Below, piece by piece: positions 36,915 through 47,118 of a stretch of DNA of 53,389 nucleotides. A program made the position numbers and the translations under genes. Position 1 is the stretch's first letter. The number at the start of each line of letters is the position of its first letter. Where the stretch lies: contig DASYVB010000125.1 in assembly GCA_036000525.1 (NCBI GenBank), positions 1 to 53,389 of the forward strand, in the 5' to 3' direction. The notes under the pieces were generated by a model. It did no database searches. It worked only from the letters and a program-made list of their open reading frames with translations, and was not told the DNA's origin. The stretch comes from Nitrospiraceae bacterium (GTDB taxonomy: Bacteria; Nitrospirota; Nitrospiria; Nitrospirales; Nitrospiraceae).

Positions 36915-37093
36915 CCATTGAGGAGTAGCGGATGGGTACAGAAACCGTGCCGAGCGGTACGAAGGGATTACTACGAAGGGATTACGATGAAGACGCTGAT
37001 GATCGTGCGCCCAGGAATGATTGCGGCGACGGTAGGGGTGAAGGGTTTGCCCAAGGTCGCGCTCAACGCCGCTGGAGCGCTGAAAGGAGCCCT

Positions 37094-37285
37094 ATGTGGT
37101 TCTTAATCATCGTTCTACTAAATATTGTGCCGGGAATCGATAAAGTCATGGTGCTGAATACGTATGCCACGTCTGAGGAGTGCCAGAATGAACGAAATCG
37201 CATAGGCTTTGACATGGCAGAAGCGTATCCCTATGACCGTGATTTTGTTATTACCTGTCAATTGAGTTCAAAGCACAGCTTATAA
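37094..37285 (+). CDS. small membrane-anchored hypothetical protein
   Basis: This 63-aa ORF has an AAAGGAG RBS, an N-terminal TM helix (MWFLIIVLLNIV), and two Cys residues. The region is AT-rich. Confidence 0.35.
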   Translation: MWFLIIVLLNIVPGIDKVMVLNTYATSEECQNERNRIGFDMAEAYPYDRDFVITCQLSSKHSL

Positions 37286-37347
37286 GGGCGGCTGAAGGGA
37301 GTAAGGGAGAGTCAGCGTCGTCGAAGCGATGATGAGGCTCTACCTAC

Positions 37348-37689
37348 ATGCTCCTTCATGAAGCCGAGCAAGCGGCACACTCAATTGCTCAAGGCATAGT
37401 CGGGGGCACGCGAGGGTGGCGGCTGCCCTCGGTGGTGGAATTGGCGAATCTGATCGACCCGTCGCTGATCAACCCGTCCTTGGGGGTACCGCCGGTTGTC
37501 TCAGGCGTGTTTACGGGCGTCCAGTCGGTCACTTACTGGTCGTCGACAACGAATGCGGATGTTAGTCCTTCTGCTACTAGCGCCAAGTTGCTCCTGAACT
37601 TCGATGATGGCACAGTGAGCCCTACCCCTAAAAGCAGTACCGCCAACTTCTGGTGTGTGCGCAGTCCGATGACCGAGTCTGTGTATTGA
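37348..37689 (+). CDS. DUF1566 (Lcl C-terminal-like) domain protein, probably N-terminally truncated
   Basis: GWRLPSVVELANL...YWSSTT...FWCVRS matches the DUF1566 pattern. No signal peptide is present. Confidence 0.5.
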   Translation: MLLHEAEQAAHSIAQGIVGGTRGWRLPSVVELANLIDPSLINPSLGVPPVVSGVFTGVQSVTYWSSTTNADVSPSATSAKLLLNFDDGTVSPTPKSSTANFWCVRSPMTESVY

Positions 37690-37723
37690 GGATTCGACGA
37701 TTAGTGGAGTGAATTGATGCTAG

Positions 37724-37753
37724 AGGGGCAGGGGGCATAGGCCCCCTGCCCCT
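37724..37753. terminator. perfect 13-bp GC-rich hairpin between convergent genes
   Basis: AGGGGCAGGGGGC, loop ATAG, then GCCCCCTGCCCCT. It lies between the + gene ending at 37689 and the - gene ending at 37767. There is no clear U-tract. Confidence 0.5.
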
Positions 37754-37766
37754 GAGGCGTATACGG

Positions 37767-38006
37767 TCAGCCTGGTGGTTGCTCAGGACTTTGACAGCTA
37801 ATACTAAACCCGTAGACAGTGCAATATTCTTCTACGACTTTCTTTACGAAGCCCCTGAGCCTTGTAACATCGCTGGGGTCAAGAGATAGAGCGTGTAACG
37901 AAACAGGGGAAAGCACGCTCATGAGTATCCACACCCAAATGCCAAGCGATAAAGAGCCAGCAATAATACGGTCAAGTAAGGTCATGGCTGAAAACTCCCT
38001 TTGCAA
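37767..38006 (-). CDS. small secreted hypothetical protein
   Basis: This 79-aa ORF has a signal-like segment (IIAGSLSLGIWVWILMSVLSPVSLHA) and two Cys residues. Confidence 0.35.
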   Translation of the reverse strand: MQREFSAMTLLDRIIAGSLSLGIWVWILMSVLSPVSLHALSLDPSDVTRLRGFVKKVVEEYCTVYGFSISCQSPEQPPG

Positions 38007-38216
38007 TAGGATTAGTTGTGTCCGCCCCGCTTGATCTCACCTCTGCCTTGCCACAATCTTTTATTCAATTCCCTCATACATGGCTCGCGGAAGAATTTTC
38101 TTCTGCACCAGCTCATCTTTCCGCTGATTCGGTCGCCCCTTGATACTCTTCTCTAAGTACACCTTGCCAATATCAGGGTGCACCTTGAGTTACTCGGCGG
38201 TGGCAGTGGTGTATTC

Positions 38217-38257
38217 GCGATCGCAACAGAAATCTTCACGAATAATGCGGGCTAAGG
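38217..38257 (-). repeat. solo terminal repeat fragment of family F
   Basis: GCGATCGCAACAGAAATCTTCACGAATAATGCGGGCTAAGG is the reverse complement of the CCTAGCCCGCATTATTCATGAG...CTGCTGCAATC terminus. Confidence 0.6.
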
Positions 38258-38423
38258 CAGCCTCCCACCTAATGCACTTTGATGCCTCCCGGAGCCGAGG
38301 AGATATAAGTGGCATCAAAATTCTCCCAGACCCCGTCATGAACCGAGCTTACCCCCCAGCCTCGCACGTAGAGGAGCGACAGCGCTCATGGACTGCGTTC
38401 GACAGCTTCGTATACTCGTCGCC

Positions 38424-38903
38424 TCACTTGTTGATTGGAGCAAGCGGGTGTCCGTTCTGCGACATGCACTTCCAAAACTTAAATCTTTCCCTATCTATAC
38501 CGACAGTGCTGACGATGCCGCCGTCCACAAACGCCGCGAAATGGCCACCCGGCACCTCTCTATCAACCGTCTGAATGCAGAGAACAACCACACGTTCGAG
38601 TTCACGCCGTTGTGTGTCTGAGGGCGCTGGATCGAATGGTATTGTTTTGAACGACTTCCTATCGAGTGGCGGTGTATGGGGAGACTCGACTGTCGCCGTG
38701 GATGGCGCCGCTGTCGCGCCTGAAGTCGCCTCGGCCGAGGTTTCGGGAAGAGGCATCCTCGCTTCGCTCAGCTCCGCAGCGGTGACCATCAAGGAGATGA
38801 ATACCAAGCAGATGGGTGAAGCAATCGCTGTAAGTTTCATGCTCCGAGTAAATGTGAGACCCTGCACCGGGAATCGACGATAGGGACAAAGCGTGAAGGG
38901 CAT
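38424..38903 (-). CDS. membrane-anchored/exported hypothetical protein with an MxFxxxxxRRFPV N-terminus
   Basis: This 159-aa protein begins MPFTLCPYRRFPVQ, followed by TM helix LTAIASPICLVFISLMVTAA and an Ala/Thr/Ser-rich linker. Its N-terminal motif is shared with the gene at 39235-39672. Confidence 0.45.
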   Translation of the reverse strand: MPFTLCPYRRFPVQGLTFTRSMKLTAIASPICLVFISLMVTAAELSEARMPLPETSAEATSGATAAPSTATVESPHTPPLDRKSFKTIPFDPAPSDTQRRELERVVVLCIQTVDREVPGGHFAAFVDGGIVSTVGIDRERFKFWKCMSQNGHPLAPINK

Positions 38904-39234
38904 AGGGTCCTCGCAGGGAAGCCCATTCTAGGAGGAGGACGATTAAAACCGCAAGGCGGGCGCTGAGAAATGGTTGGATTGATCGGGAGGTGGGGGCTAA
39001 CCAAGCGCACCTGACACCTAGTCTCGCATACACCCCGTGTCAGCGCAGCGTCGATGAAGCTGCTACTTGCCACTAAAATCGGGAAATTCAACTACCTCTT
39101 CGGTGCTCATTGCGCAATCTCGCCTACGTCGAAGCTTGCGTGCGGCTGTGCGATCACTCCTTGCCGCAGGCCACTTCCCTCAGAGCGTGATTAATACTAT
39201 CCGCTTCAACTGGTATCCAGTTACCTGTGTCTAC

Positions 39235-39672
39235 CTATCTATTAGCCGCTATACCGGTGCCCATACGGCGTGAGAACTCCGTGAACGCAAGCAACCGAAG
39301 GCGCTTTTCCGCGCAGTCGAATTGTTTGTGGGTCTTCGTCGATAAAAATCGATGGGGTCCAAATACGAGGGGCCCCATCCCCGCATTCCCTTGCATCCCT
39401 TTAAAGTCAATTAATTGCCACAGCGTTACCAGATTCCTTACTCGACGAATGGTGTCTGGATCGACGTACACAGTCTGTAGACCCGGTAAGAGATAGTCTT
39501 TCTCAACCGCCACCCACTCTTCATAGGCCGGAACCGTATTCAGAAACAGGAGTGTGATCAGTGACCAGAAATCCGAGAAGTAGGCCAATGGCAGCGTAAG
39601 GAACAGGTCCGCGTGGTACGCGACAGCGCATGGCACGGGGAAGCGGCGGTGAAGGCGAACCGAGAAGGACAT
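39235..39672 (-). CDS. membrane-anchored hypothetical protein; C-terminal part resembles the surface-adhesin protein E family
   Basis: It begins MSFSVRLHRRFPVP, has a TM helix (FWSLITLLFLNTV), then YVDPDTIRR..LVTLWQLIDF...FDCAEKRLRLLAFTEFSRRMGTG. The family recall is from memory only. Confidence 0.4.
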   Translation of the reverse strand: MSFSVRLHRRFPVPCAVAYHADLFLTLPLAYFSDFWSLITLLFLNTVPAYEEWVAVEKDYLLPGLQTVYVDPDTIRRVRNLVTLWQLIDFKGMQGNAGMGPLVFGPHRFLSTKTHKQFDCAEKRLRLLAFTEFSRRMGTGIAANR

Positions 39673-39712
39673 GAGAGTCTCGCCGGGAGGCGTATGGTAG
39701 GAAGGTCACCAA

Positions 39713-40078
39713 CTAAGAGCAAGATCTGAGTGGGGCAAATGGTGATTTTTGAGTGGTTTGCCTCGCCACGATCTGCTCCTTGATCGTTTCAGAGGTCGCC
39801 TGGGTGATGATTGGTGAGCCTTGCTCCTCACTGGCGTATCCACCACGAAGTGGCATCTCAGCATGTCGTGTGTTCTTTTGTTCGAGGATTTCCTGCTCCG
39901 CCTGAAGCCAGTCATCAAGAGGACCTTGACGGATGCGTCGTTCGTAGTTCTCGAAGGCCCGTACGGCGATCCGTTCGTGGAGAGATGTCGACACGGAAGG
40001 GGTGTGAGCACCAGGTTTCGTTCGAGGGGCGGGGCTCTGACGCTTCGTCTTCGATGTGGTCGGTTGCTTCGATTTCAT
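39713..40078 (-). CDS. DUF2934 domain protein
   Basis: ERIAVRAFENYERRIRQGPLDDWLQAEQEI matches the DUF2934 signature. The N-terminus is basic and disordered. Confidence 0.6.
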   Translation of the reverse strand: MKSKQPTTSKTKRQSPAPRTKPGAHTPSVSTSLHERIAVRAFENYERRIRQGPLDDWLQAEQEILEQKNTRHAEMPLRGGYASEEQGSPIITQATSETIKEQIVARQTTQKSPFAPLRSCS

Positions 40079-40189
40079 GGGTTTCCTCCCATGTCATCCA
40101 TCACGAATCAGATCGGTGACGGAAAGGCTAAGCCTTCCGTGGGGAGATGTCAAGCCGAGGCTCGCAGCACACACAAGGAGCGACGCATA

Positions 40190-40444
40190 GACACTCCACG
40201 GGTGTTCCTGTATAAGGGAAAGCTGTGTGGCAACCAATTTCAGACGAGCAGGGGTCGACACGATGACGGCCATGAAAATCGTTGGACACAAGAGCGAACA
40301 GATGCACCGGCGGTATAATACGATCCAGTCGGAAGACCTCCAGGAGGACGCCGAAAAGCTTCAGAGGTGCACATCTAACACCTTAATAACACTTGCTTCG
40401 TCAGCAGTATCAGGGCAAGGTGTAAGTGGTTATAATTCCAATGT

Positions 40445-40454
<10 letters not shown>
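40190..40454 (+). pseudogene. tyrosine recombinase/phage integrase remnant (C-terminal about 60 aa plus a frameshifted fragment)
   Basis: ATNFRRAGVDTMTAMKIVGHKSEQMHRRYNTIQSEDLQEDAEKL is the C-terminal catalytic-Tyr region. An upstream PRVFLYKGK fragment is in another frame. The HxLRH box and the N-terminal roughly 250 aa are absent. The frame runs into tRNA-Pro. Confidence 0.7.
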
Positions 40455-40524
<70 letters not shown>

Positions 40525-40631
40525 TGTAACAATACCAATTGAGAATCGAGAAGATTTGAAGCCGCGAGCGCCGACCACTAGAAGGAAAAGGTCGCCGTAT
40601 TTCTGGCGACCGACAGCGAGCTGGCCGGGCC

Positions 40632-40660
40632 GAAGGCCAAATCCTCTCGACCCGACCAAA
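40632..40660 (+). repeat. displaced tRNA-Pro 3'-end fragment (att scar)
   Basis: GAAGGCCAAATCCTCTCGACCCGACCAAA compares with the tRNA-Pro 3' end GGAGGTTCAAATCCTCTCGCCCCGACCAAA. It lies 111 nt downstream of the gene. Confidence 0.6.
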
Positions 40661-40779
40661 CCGCAGCGGAGTGCTGAGTTCTGAGTCTTGAGTGCTGAGT
40701 TGTAAGAATAGCGCGCGATCGATCCCGTGGCTTCTTCCACTACTGCGTCACAACTCAGAACTCATAACGTCTTCTGAAG

Positions 40780-40856
<77 letters not shown>

Positions 40857-40871
40857 CAGGGTTTCATATCC

Positions 40872-43811
40872 ATGCGCTGGTTACTTCGCCCTTCCCATCT
40901 TGCAATCCTTGCCCTGGGTCTGGTGCTTCTCTACACGCTCGTGGGGTTTTTTCTCGTTCCCTACCTGATTAAAGCCTACGCAATCCCTGCTGTTTCCGAA
41001 AAGCTCAAGCGTCCGGTGCTGGTCAAAGATGTGGGGCTGAATCCCTTTACGCTTTCGCTTCAGGTGAAGGGCTTGGAAATTCGAGAGGCGGATCAGTCTG
41101 CCTTGATCGGGTTTGACGAGTTCTTCGTCAATTTTCAGGCAAGCTCCCTCATTCGTCGGGCCTATGTGTTCGATACCATTCGGCTCACGATGCCCTATGT
41201 GTCCGCACGAGTATCCAAAGACGGGCGCATGAATCTGGCGGAGCTTGTGCCGCCGGACGGTGGATCACATCCGGACGCGCCGCCGCAAGCCGAGAAGCCT
41301 CCAGCCGAGATGCCTGCTATTGAAATCGGTGAGCTCGAGATCGCGCAAGGGATAGTCGAATTTCGCGATGAATCGAAGCCTAAGCCATACGTGCTCGAAA
41401 TTGTCCCGATCCATCTTGTGCTCAAGAATTTCCATACCAAACCGGGTGGCGACAATTCGTATGCCTTCACCGCGGAGTTGGGCAAGGGCGAAATGCTCTC
41501 CTGGGCCGGCACCGTCTCGCTCGAACCGATTCGATCCTCCGGCACGATTTCCCTCTCCGGCGTGAAGTTGCCCAGCCTGTGGCAATACCTCCATGATCGA
41601 TTCCGCTTCGACGTCACCGATGGCACGATTGTAGCCGATGCAAGGTACTCGTTCGATGCCGGTGCCACTCCCATCAAGCTTCAAATTTCACAGGCCACCA
41701 TCCAGATCGAGAAGCTCGCAGTCAGGGAGGATGGGAGCCTCGACCCGGTGATCACGATTCCGGCGTTGAACGTTGGGGGTGTCGACGTGGATTTCGCGAC
41801 GCACGAGGTCACGGTTGGGAACATCGCAATTGAGCGTGCATCATTCACTGCCTGGTTGAATCCCGACGGCACTGTGAACTATCAGCAGATGTTTGCTCCT
41901 GTGGACTCCGTCCCGCCTCCGCCTGCTGCGAGCAACTCCTCACCGAAACCCAAAGACGAGAAGCCGTGGGCCGTCTGGCTCAAGGAGGTCACGCTGCAGG
42001 ACCATGCGATCGATTTCGACGATCGCACCTTACCCACTCCGGCCCATGTCGAGGTGCGGGCTTTGACCGTCAAGACCCACGACGTGCGCATTCCGATCAA
42101 AGAAGCCCTGCCGATTGAGGTGGAGCTGCAGCTGAATGAAACCGGGAGTGTTCGTGTCAATGGACCGGTGCTGCCCAATCCGCTGCAGGCTGATGTCGCC
42201 CTGGTACTCAAGGACATTGCCATCAGACCGTTTCAGCCGTACATTGAAAAATTTGCGCGTATCGATGTGCAGTCCGGCACCGTCAATTTGGGTGGGGCGC
42301 TGCATCTTGCCAGCGAACATCCGAATGGTCCGTTCATGTCATATGAAGGCAATGCCGGCATCGAGGCATTGAGCGTGGCTGACCGCGATCAGGGTGACGA
42401 GGTGGCCTCGCTGCAAACATTATCCCTCAACACAGTTCGTGTGACCGTCGATCCAACCACCGCCTCGATTAAAGAAGTGGGTCTTCTGCAGCCGATGGCA
42501 CATCTCGTCGTGCAGCCAGACGGCGGGTTGAATCTCGGCAAGCTTGCCTCTGCGTCGCCGCCATCGGCCTCAATGGAAGAGAAGGCTGTGGAGCCTCAGA
42601 AAGCCAAGCGCCCACCCGTCCCGGTGACGATCGGTATGGTGAAACTCGTCAAAGCGGCCATGACGTTTCGAGATGACTCGGTGCAACCTCCTGTCCGAAC
42701 CGGACTTTCAGATCTGACCGGTACAATCAAGGGACTGTCGTCGAAGCAATTGGCCAGGGCGGACGTTGACCTCACCGGTCGAGTGGGTAAGATGGCGCCG
42801 CTCAAGATCGCGGGGATCATCAATCCTCTGAGCGAAGATGCATTTACGGATCTCACGATTACCCTTGGGGGTATGGACTTGACTGCAGAAGGCCCCTACA
42901 GCGGCAAGTATGTGGGCTATGGATTGTCGAAGGGGAAGCTCTCGCTCGATCTGAGGTATAAGGTCTCCCGAAAACAACTTGAAGCGGAAAACAAAGTGGT
43001 GGTCGATCAACTGACGTTCGGGGAGAAGGTCAACAGTCCGGATGCGACGTCGCTGCCAGTGAAACTGGCTGTGGCGCTCTTGAAAGATCGCAAGGGACGA
43101 ATCGACATTGATCTGCCCATTCGCGGCGACCTGAAGGATCCCGACTTCAAGTACGGCAAGGTGATGGTTTCGACATTGCTCAATCTGCTTACAAAGATCG
43201 TGGCGTCTCCGTTTACGATGATGGGAAAACTTATTCCTGGCGGCGGCGATGCCGAAGAACTACAATATCTCGAATTTGATCCTGGAGGTGTCGCAGTTGT
43301 CGCGTCAGAACTGAAGAAAGTCGAGGCCATCGCGAAGGGGCTTGAGGAACGGCCTGGTTTGAGTCTGGAGATCACCGGCACCGCCGATCCTGTTCGTGAT
43401 CGAATGGCGATTGGTTTTCAGATGCTCAAAACACAACTGCTCGCCAGATGGCAGCAGGGGAAGAGCGTATCAAAAGCGGTTGACCTGCCGATTGTTGAGG
43501 AGGAACGCGCGATCAAAGAGCTCTTCGATCAACAGCGCAGCCGGCAGCCGGTGACGGCGTCGGCGGAGGGTGTGCAGCTCCCTTCGAAACTGCCTACAAT
43601 TGAGGAAATGCGGCAACAGCTCGTTGCCGCCATGCCGGTTCCCGATTCGGATCTCCGACTCCTGGCACAGCAACGGGCGGAACAGATGCGTGGACAATTT
43701 GTCGTGGATGGCAAGCTTGCTGACGAGCGTGTGTTCTTGACCGAAGTCGAGTTGACCGCGTCGGATCACGAAAAGGTGAGAAGTCGATTGAACATTACGG
43801 CTGGTCAATAA
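40872..43811 (+). CDS. DUF748 domain-containing (AsmA-like) envelope protein
   Basis: This 979-aa protein has an N-terminal TM helix (LAILALGLVLLYTLVGFFLVPYLI) followed by long beta-rich repeats. The architecture is typical of DUF748/AsmA-like proteins. Confidence 0.6.
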   Translation: MRWLLRPSHLAILALGLVLLYTLVGFFLVPYLIKAYAIPAVSEKLKRPVLVKDVGLNPFTLSLQVKGLEIREADQSALIGFDEFFVNFQASSLIRRAYVFDTIRLTMPYVSARVSKDGRMNLAELVPPDGGSHPDAPPQAEKPPAEMPAIEIGELEIAQGIVEFRDESKPKPYVLEIVPIHLVLKNFHTKPGGDNSYAFTAELGKGEMLSWAGTVSLEPIRSSGTISLSGVKLPSLWQYLHDRFRFDVTDGTIVADARYSFDAGATPIKLQISQATIQIEKLAVREDGSLDPVITIPALNVGGVDVDFATHEVTVGNIAIERASFTAWLNPDGTVNYQQMFAPVDSVPPPPAASNSSPKPKDEKPWAVWLKEVTLQDHAIDFDDRTLPTPAHVEVRALTVKTHDVRIPIKEALPIEVELQLNETGSVRVNGPVLPNPLQADVALVLKDIAIRPFQPYIEKFARIDVQSGTVNLGGALHLASEHPNGPFMSYEGNAGIEALSVADRDQGDEVASLQTLSLNTVRVTVDPTTASIKEVGLLQPMAHLVVQPDGGLNLGKLASASPPSASMEEKAVEPQKAKRPPVPVTIGMVKLVKAAMTFRDDSVQPPVRTGLSDLTGTIKGLSSKQLARADVDLTGRVGKMAPLKIAGIINPLSEDAFTDLTITLGGMDLTAEGPYSGKYVGYGLSKGKLSLDLRYKVSRKQLEAENKVVVDQLTFGEKVNSPDATSLPVKLAVALLKDRKGRIDIDLPIRGDLKDPDFKYGKVMVSTLLNLLTKIVASPFTMMGKLIPGGGDAEELQYLEFDPGGVAVVASELKKVEAIAKGLEERPGLSLEITGTADPVRDRMAIGFQMLKTQLLARWQQGKSVSKAVDLPIVEEERAIKELFDQQRSRQPVTASAEGVQLPSKLPTIEEMRQQLVAAMPVPDSDLRLLAQQRAEQMRGQFVVDGKLADERVFLTEVELTASDHEKVRSRLNITAGQ

Positions 43812-43903
43812 GCCTCGGCTCCCCCTTGCACTTCGTCCAGGAAGAACAGTATCGTATTGTGATGAGCGATGTCGATTCATTGGTTTGAATAAAGGAGGCT
43901 ACC

Positions 43904-44539
43904 ATGGCACTACGACTAGGAGATGAGGCACCGAATTTTACGGCTGCGACCACCGAAGGTACCATCAACTTTCATGAGTGGTTGGGCAGCGGGTGGGGGA
44001 TTCTCTTCTCGCACCCGAAAGACTATACCCCCGTCTGCACCACCGAGTTGGGGACCGTTGCCAAGATTACATCGGAGTTCAAGAAGCGGGGCGTGAAAGT
44101 CATCGCCATCAGCGTCGATCCACTGGATTCGCACAAGGGCTGGATCAACGATATCAATGAGACACAGCACACGACCATGAACTATCCGATCATCGCCGAT
44201 CCGGAGAAAAAGGTCGCGACCCTGTACGATATGATCCATCCGAACGCGATGGACAACATGACCGTCCGTTCAGTGTTCATCGTCGGACCGGATAAAAAGG
44301 TAAAGTTAACATTGACCTATCCTGCTTCATGTGGTCGTAATTTCGATGAACTTCTAAGAGTCATCGATTCGCTCCAATTGACCTCGAAGTTCAAAGTCGC
44401 CACGCCGGCCAACTGGAAGGACGGGGAGGATTGCATCATCACCCCGGCCGTGAACGACGCTGAAGCAAAGACGCTCTTCCCCAAGGGCTTCAAGACAGTG
44501 AAGCCCTACCTGCGCTATACCCCGCAGCCGAATAAGTAG
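43904..44539 (+). CDS. 1-Cys peroxiredoxin (Prx6 subfamily)
   Basis: LGDEAPNFTAATTEGTINFHEWLG..WGILFSHPKDYTPVCTTELG is the canonical 1-Cys Prx active-site region. Confidence 0.9.
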   Translation: MALRLGDEAPNFTAATTEGTINFHEWLGSGWGILFSHPKDYTPVCTTELGTVAKITSEFKKRGVKVIAISVDPLDSHKGWINDINETQHTTMNYPIIADPEKKVATLYDMIHPNAMDNMTVRSVFIVGPDKKVKLTLTYPASCGRNFDELLRVIDSLQLTSKFKVATPANWKDGEDCIITPAVNDAEAKTLFPKGFKTVKPYLRYTPQPNK

Positions 44540-44560
44540 CGAACGATTTAACCGCATTGT

Positions 44561-44600
44561 GGGCGAGAGAGGTATTGAGCCTCTCCCGCCCTTCGTGTTT
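44561..44600 (+). terminator. rho-independent terminator downstream of the peroxiredoxin gene
   Basis: Stem GGGCGAGAGAGG, loop TATTGAG, stem CCTCTCCCGCCC (one mismatch), followed by TTCGTGTTT. Confidence 0.6.
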
Positions 44601-44603
44601 CAA

Positions 44604-44732
44604 GCAGGATGCTGAACTAGTCCGCCAGCTTGTCTTGTTCATTTGGTTTGTTTGGTCTGTTTGGTCTGTCTGGTTTGTTTGGTTGCATGAGACTAACCAG
44701 ATGGACCAGAAAGACCAGACAAACAGACAGAC
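44604..44732 (+). repeat. MITE-like element, heptamer-hairpin variant (family E), second copy
   Basis: GCAGGATGCTGAACTAGTCCGCCAGC is followed by a (TTTGGTY)n arm and then a complementary (RACCAGA)n arm. The right terminus is degenerate. Confidence 0.75.
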
Positions 44733-44798
44733 CGGGCTTGTCCTGGACATGCAGCTCATCGAAACTCTGCTTGCGCCGAAATGGCTTTTCGCAGTCTG

Positions 44799-47000
44799 CT
44801 ATACGAGCAGCAGGCCGGCGGAGCGAACTTTTTTCCAGGAGGTAGTACCGAGGAAGGTTTCGAACTCCCGAGTGGTTCCTGGGAATGTGGTTTTCGTTTC
44901 CCGGAGCAGAGGGTAGGGATTCGATGGGTTGTTTTGAGGTGTGGATTGACGAATCAGATCATCAAGCCACTGGGCCTGTTGGTTGGCGAGCGTCACGGCG
45001 TGATCGCTGGTACGCCCCGGCAGAATGAGTCGCATCCTTGTTCCGACAGGTTCACAGACTGGTTGACCACCGAGCCATACGAACCGCCGTTCTGCCTGTG
45101 GGTCATCTTCAACAGTTCGGCTCTTGAGGATACGACGTACCCACGTGGAGGAGACCTGAGGGCTTGGCACGGAATGGTCGAACCACTGGCGGACGTCGAG
45201 GGTGAGCCCGCTCCCTTCGAGGTAATTGAGCATCGACCGTCGTAGCCCTTCGCCGAGCCACTCCGGCGTCTTGCCACGTTGATCCTCATGTAGAAAGTCA
45301 TTCTCCGCAAAGCCCTGAAACTCTGGCCCGAGGATGCGCAATCCATGGGCAGCCGGCTTGAGTCCGATCGGGCTATGGGCTGTGGCGGTGAATCGATGCC
45401 AGAAGGCGGATTGAATCAGATCTGCCGCGAACAATTGTCGCACCCGTTCAAGCGAGTCCACCGTTTCTTGCACTGTCTCAGAGGGACAACCGTACATGAG
45501 ATAGGCATGAATGAGAATGCCTGCGTTTTTGAAGGCCGCCGCCACGAGCGCAGTCTGATCGACGGTAATCCCTTTCTTGATCTTCTCCAGCAGACGGTCC
45601 GACGCAGCTTCGAGTCCTGCCGTCATGGCGATGCAGCCTGAGGCTGCCAGGAGGCGGCACAGGTCCGGCGAGAATGCCTCTTCAAAGCGGATATTACCCC
45701 ACCACGAAATGGTGATGCCTTTTTCCAATAACGCCAAGGCCAGCGATTTTAACGCAGCGGGAGGTGCAGCCTCGTCGACAAAATGAAACCCTCGGCGGCC
45801 TGTCTCGGCGACCAGTTGCTCGATCTGCTGGATGAGCCGATCGGTCGGTGTCATTTCATAGCGGCTGATGTAGTTGAGCCCGACATCGCAAAACGTACAC
45901 TGCTTCCAATAACAGCCGTGTGCGACCGTGAGTTTGTTCCAATGGCCTTCCGACCAGAGGCGATGCATCGGATTTGTGCTGTCCAAGATCGTGAGATAGC
46001 GCCCCAAGGTCAGGCCGCTATAGGTCGGACAGCCGGTCTCGGCCATGCTGAACTCACGATCGGACGTATCATTTGTGAAGACCACTCGATCCTTCTCCCG
46101 AAAGAACGTCCGGCAGAGTCGCGTGCGCGGTCTGGTCCCTGCCAGATATTCGATCAACGAAAGCAATGGCCGCTCCCCGTCGTCGAGCGTGACGTAATCA
46201 ACGTAGTCGAATACGCGGGGGTCCGACAGACGGCGAAGCTCCGTGTTGGCATACCCGCCGCCAAGGACAATCGTCATGTCGGGCCGTTGGCTCTTGATCG
46301 AGTGGGCAATGCGAAACGCACCATAGAGGTTCCCTGGAAAGGGAACAGTCAGGCAGACGAGCGAAGGATTGAGGCGATCGAGATGCTCCCACAAGGATTC
46401 GAGCATGAATCGATCCGTTAATGTCGGAGGGACGGCAACCGCCTCGATGATGGTCTCAAACGATGAGGCTGCTCGGGCGATATGTTCGGCATAGCGACTT
46501 AGGGCAAAATGGGAAGACACGGTTGCCTGGATCAGATCGGCCAGGTCTTCGAGATACAAAGTGGCGAACCGTTTGGCGCGATCCTGCTCCGACAAGGCAC
46601 ATGATGACGCAGCGGTCCCTCTCTGTCCGGCAAACCGAGGGCCTTGGGGAAGAAATCCTGGGCGAGCGAGGAGCAAGGCTAAGGAGGGATTGCGTCCTTG
46701 GAGAAATTCGATGACCGGTTCGATGGTATTCAGATAGACCGGCTCAACTGCAAGCATCTGTCTGGCTTCACCGGGCAATTCATCTTCGCGCTTGCGGACC
46801 TGCTCAAACACGGGCTGGAGCCCCGATCGGCAAAAGAGCCGGAGTACCATTTCAATGCCGAGATCGGCTTGGGAGGCCTTAATCCCTCGGCCGCGGAGAA
46901 ACCCCGTGAGATAGGCGGTGGACGGGTAGGGAGTATTCAGCTGGGTGAGCGGGGGAATGAGGAGCAAGACCGAGGGCATCGCCATGCGCTCACATATCAT
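44799..47000 (-). CDS. B12-binding domain-containing radical SAM protein
   Basis: It has an N-terminal B12-binding-like domain (VLLLIPPLTQLNTPYPSTAYL) and a radical SAM cluster motif (CYWKQCTFCD). At 733 aa it is unusually large. The start could also be the ATG at 46985 or 46979. Confidence 0.75.
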   Translation of the reverse strand: MICERMAMPSVLLLIPPLTQLNTPYPSTAYLTGFLRGRGIKASQADLGIEMVLRLFCRSGLQPVFEQVRKREDELPGEARQMLAVEPVYLNTIEPVIEFLQGRNPSLALLLARPGFLPQGPRFAGQRGTAASSCALSEQDRAKRFATLYLEDLADLIQATVSSHFALSRYAEHIARAASSFETIIEAVAVPPTLTDRFMLESLWEHLDRLNPSLVCLTVPFPGNLYGAFRIAHSIKSQRPDMTIVLGGGYANTELRRLSDPRVFDYVDYVTLDDGERPLLSLIEYLAGTRPRTRLCRTFFREKDRVVFTNDTSDREFSMAETGCPTYSGLTLGRYLTILDSTNPMHRLWSEGHWNKLTVAHGCYWKQCTFCDVGLNYISRYEMTPTDRLIQQIEQLVAETGRRGFHFVDEAAPPAALKSLALALLEKGITISWWGNIRFEEAFSPDLCRLLAASGCIAMTAGLEAASDRLLEKIKKGITVDQTALVAAAFKNAGILIHAYLMYGCPSETVQETVDSLERVRQLFAADLIQSAFWHRFTATAHSPIGLKPAAHGLRILGPEFQGFAENDFLHEDQRGKTPEWLGEGLRRSMLNYLEGSGLTLDVRQWFDHSVPSPQVSSTWVRRILKSRTVEDDPQAERRFVWLGGQPVCEPVGTRMRLILPGRTSDHAVTLANQQAQWLDDLIRQSTPQNNPSNPYPLLRETKTTFPGTTREFETFLGTTSWKKVRSAGLLLV

Positions 47001-47118
47001 ACCTCTTTGAACGAATACCAGGTTCGCAGGTTATGACAATAATGGTGGGAGACTATTGGTATTCTTGGTGCTTGATGCGCTAGTGTAGTATGGTGATCTT
47101 CTGAGTGGTTCCTAGAAC

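Noticed and set aside
39821-40318. 165-aa plus-strand ORF
   Set aside because: Its 5' part is antisense to the DUF2934 gene. Only its 3' end (PRVFLYKGK) belongs to the frameshifted integrase remnant, which is annotated as a pseudogene instead.
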